From an uncultured Desulfatibacillum sp. (GTDB lineage: Bacteria; Desulfobacterota; Desulfobacteria; Desulfobacterales; SpSt-501), in the NCBI GenBank assembly GCA_964570965.1, contig CAZNAX010000001.1:105469-169468 (forward strand): DNA of 64,000 bases, given 5' to 3'. Below, one piece after another: positions 62,030-64,000 of this stretch. The stretch's first letter is position 1; each line of letters opens with the position of its first letter. The notes below the pieces were generated by a model that saw nothing but the letters and a program-made list of their open reading frames with translations, was not told where the DNA came from and made no database searches. A program made the translations under genes and the position numbers.

Positions 62030-62785
62030 TCAATCGTCTTTGTCGGTTCTACCGAGGCGCTTGTCCACAAAGGGCTTTGACCTCTCAAAGAGATCAGCAA
62101 ATCCTTTGAGCGGTTCTGCGGTGCCCATCTTGAAGATCCGAGCCGTAGCCAGCTTCATGACCTCCTCGAATTGAACGCTGTCTTCGACGAACTTGAGGAC
62201 GGCGTTGACCTTGTCGGAAACCTCTCCGATGGCGTTGCCCATGGAAACGAGAGCATCCAGAACGCTCTCCATCTTCGCCTCGAGGGCTGATGTATCAGAT
62301 GATGCTTCTGGTTCGGCCTGCCTGGACTCTTCACGCTTGGCTCGTCGACCTTTGCGCGGAGCTTCAGCTTCGTGCTTCTCTACGCCGTCGTTCTCGTCTT
62401 CTGGAGTCTCCTCCGGCGGATCCTCACTTGGATCGGGTTCTGGATCTGACTCGACACCCTCGACGTCGTCGTCATCAAAGACTTTCGAGTATGGATCATC
62501 ATCGTCTTCGTCTTTTTCTTTCACTTTCGAGCTACGCTTGGGGCTCTTTTCCTCCTTACGTGGCTCAGGGCTCTTGTCCTTGTCCAGGCTGAGAATGTTG
62601 ATGTCGCCCTCATCGAACTTGGTCATGATGAGCTCGATCATACTGTCCTCGCCGGCGATTTCGGCTTCTCGTACCTCTTGCTGTGTATAGCCCGCAAGGT
62701 GCATGACGCGGCGCAGACGGTACTTGGCCATCTTCAGAATCACTTGTCTGAATGCCTCTCGCTCTTTGTTGTTACCCATTGTCAC
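62030..62785 (-). CDS. hypothetical protein with a long acidic Asp/Glu/Pro-rich linker
   Basis: 251 aa. The plus-strand Ser-rich ORF opposite it is treated as a shadow. Confidence 0.65.
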   Translation of the reverse strand: MTMGNNKEREAFRQVILKMAKYRLRRVMHLAGYTQQEVREAEIAGEDSMIELIMTKFDEGDINILSLDKDKSPEPRKEEKSPKRSSKVKEKDEDDDDPYSKVFDDDDVEGVESDPEPDPSEDPPEETPEDENDGVEKHEAEAPRKGRRAKREESRQAEPEASSDTSALEAKMESVLDALVSMGNAIGEVSDKVNAVLKFVEDSVQFEEVMKLATARIFKMGTAEPLKGFADLFERSKPFVDKRLGRTDKDD

Positions 62786-63162
62786 TCTCCTTCCAATCTG
62801 GCTTTGTTAGCCATGTAGCAGACAAGAACCTCGGCATCATGATGCCGGAAACAGTTTCTGTGGCAGTGTGTGAGTAGTTGATCTCGAATCTTGTGGAGGT
62901 TCCTTTCCAGAAACTCCATCAATCTTCTCCGAGCTGGATCAAGTGGGTGTACAACTCGTTGTATCTCTCCACGCTCAAGGATCATAGCCAATATGTTTCT
63001 AGGCATACCTCTGTGGGCTCTGACACCTATCAGATTGAGAATCTCGATCATCTCAGTCGAGTTCATCGCCTTCAAGTCTCGAGGGTCGATATTGATCCCG
63101 TTCTTACTGATCTCATCATCCCAGTCTACGGTATCCCAGTACCATTTCTTCTTCAGCCCCAT
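62782..63162 (-). CDS. hypothetical protein
   Basis: 126 aa; 4-nt overlap with the downstream gene. Confidence 0.6.
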   Translation of the reverse strand: MGLKKKWYWDTVDWDDEISKNGINIDPRDLKAMNSTEMIEILNLIGVRAHRGMPRNILAMILERGEIQRVVHPLDPARRRLMEFLERNLHKIRDQLLTHCHRNCFRHHDAEVLVCYMANKARLEGE

Positions 63163-63719
63163 AGAACTCCCCAGATCGTCTCTTCGATCCCACCCTCTAG
63201 CCTAGTCATTTCGCTGTCATCGATCAATTCGTAGAGACCTACCTCTACTCTAGAATCCTCTTCATCGCAATGCTTGAACTGGATCACTGAATGGATGTGA
63301 CTATCATCCACACCGATGGCCTCCATGATAGCGTCGATCAGTAGCTTATTCCTATTGGTGGTGTCTATCTTCTTGTAACGATTCTGGGCCTTACCTTCTA
63401 TCCAGCCCTTGTTCTCCGTGTGCTCGAAAAACAGCTTCACTATGAGGAGGTATGGAACGTCCTTGTGGAATTCGATCTTATTCTTGCTGCGTATGACTAG
63501 CTCAGCGATAGCAGAGGCGACTGATCTTTTGTACTTCTTAGCTTCATCCGTAAGGGCTCGTGCTATTCCGCCCTTGCTAGTTCTGAGGTTGAAGTAGATG
63601 CGGTTGTCCGTTGGCGGAAGCGTGAGAACGATGTTGAAGAAGGCTTTCCCTCTCCGCGTTCCCACACTGTCTTCAGGAACATTTCTAGGAGTCGTCGTCA
63701 CTGAGAGTGTCCTTCCCAC
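63153..63719 (-). CDS. rusA: RusA-like Holliday junction resolvase
   Basis: LTLPPTDNRIY and KIDTTNRNKLLIDAIMEAIGVDDSHI match RusA's PPS.N.(Y)Y and D.DN..K...DAL....DD..V motifs. Confidence 0.7.
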   Translation of the reverse strand: MGRTLSVTTTPRNVPEDSVGTRRGKAFFNIVLTLPPTDNRIYFNLRTSKGGIARALTDEAKKYKRSVASAIAELVIRSKNKIEFHKDVPYLLIVKLFFEHTENKGWIEGKAQNRYKKIDTTNRNKLLIDAIMEAIGVDDSHIHSVIQFKHCDEEDSRVEVGLYELIDDSEMTRLEGGIEETIWGVLWG

Positions 63720-63984
63720 CTAGTACTTGATCTCTTTTTCTCTTCATGCGCTCGACGTTGTGATCTCTTCGATACTGATCCCACTCTCTTGTCCTGAACT
63801 CGACATCGCGGGATAGTAGTCTGTCACATTTGTCCAACGTGTCACAACGGGCTTCGAGGAAGTCTGCCACTCCCTGCCACTCCAGCCTTTTCAGGTTCAG
63901 CTTCTTGTAGTCGATATTGGTTCGTGACTTCGCTCTTCGTTCTTCGGCAATGCCCTTCGACTGCTTGAACACTTCATCACGCAC
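63685..63984 (-). CDS. hypothetical basic protein (the frame stays open to the window end, so it is possibly 5'-truncated)
   Basis: 99 aa from GTG 63984; no stop upstream before position 64000. Confidence 0.45.
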   Translation of the reverse strand: MRDEVFKQSKGIAEERRAKSRTNIDYKKLNLKRLEWQGVADFLEARCDTLDKCDRLLSRDVEFRTREWDQYRRDHNVERMKRKRDQVLGGKDTLSDDDS

Positions 63985-64000
63985 GTGTTTGGAGGCCTCT

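Noticed and set aside
62193-62690. 165-aa Ser-rich plus-strand ORF (and 62290-62592)
   Set aside because: It is the antisense image of the Asp/Glu-rich linker of the 251-aa minus-strand gene, and no start context is present.
1-64000. Search for CRISPR arrays, tRNA/rRNA genes, integrase/transposase and att-like direct repeats
   Set aside because: I saw no regularly spaced direct repeats. The few intergenic gaps (485-595, 8462-8679, 17315-17428, 17795-17893, 61676-61819) contain no cloverleaf-compatible sequence. No tyrosine or serine recombinase or DDE motifs were recognised. This is by eye only, so tRNAscan-SE or Infernal should confirm it.

Overview
The window reads as one contiguous piece of a large tailed dsDNA phage genome (Caudoviricetes-like). 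I saw no cellular housekeeping genes, rRNA, tRNA, CRISPR array, integrase or transposase.

Layout:
1. 1-17.3 kb is a plus-strand block of about 45 small, tightly packed and often overlapping genes of early/middle type. It includes an SSB-like OB-fold protein, an Amidase_2 endolysin followed by a 57-aa TM protein and a lipoprotein lytic transglycosylase, an RNase HII-like gene, a GroES-like co-chaperonin, an RHH regulator and many CxxC zinc-ribbon proteins. Three minus-strand genes interrupt it: 8168-8461, a WGR-domain ATP-dependent DNA ligase at 15692-17032, and 17429-17794.
2. 17.9-61.7 kb is a very long plus-strand virion operon. It opens with giant proteins of 1271, 442, 1142 and about 1530 aa, followed by a sigma-70-family factor. 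It continues through many structural genes, including a gp25-like protein, a Baseplate_J-like 1262-aa protein, a 1524-aa fibre and an 892-aa beta-helix tailspike. It ends in a cluster of membrane proteins. One zinc-ribbon gene (51220-51552) sits on the minus strand inside this block.
3. 61.8-64 kb is a minus-strand block containing a RusA-like resolvase.

Most notable observation: the ~1530-aa ORF (26797-31392) fuses an SNF2 helicase, a canonical Nudix box, a LigD-type 3'-phosphoesterase-like domain and a complete ATP-dependent ligase. It lies inside the virion operon and overlaps the start of the phage sigma factor. I read it as a candidate injected polyvalent nucleic-acid end-healing/sealing or counter-defence machine.

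Other signals:
- strong GATC over-representation
- an RNase HII lacking its catalytic Glu
- a terminator-like leader hairpin in front of a minus-strand membrane-protein gene
- compact palindromic -10-like elements at divergent gene junctions
- several sub-60-aa ORFs missing from the ORF track

All functional calls come from motif recognition by eye. No database search was run.
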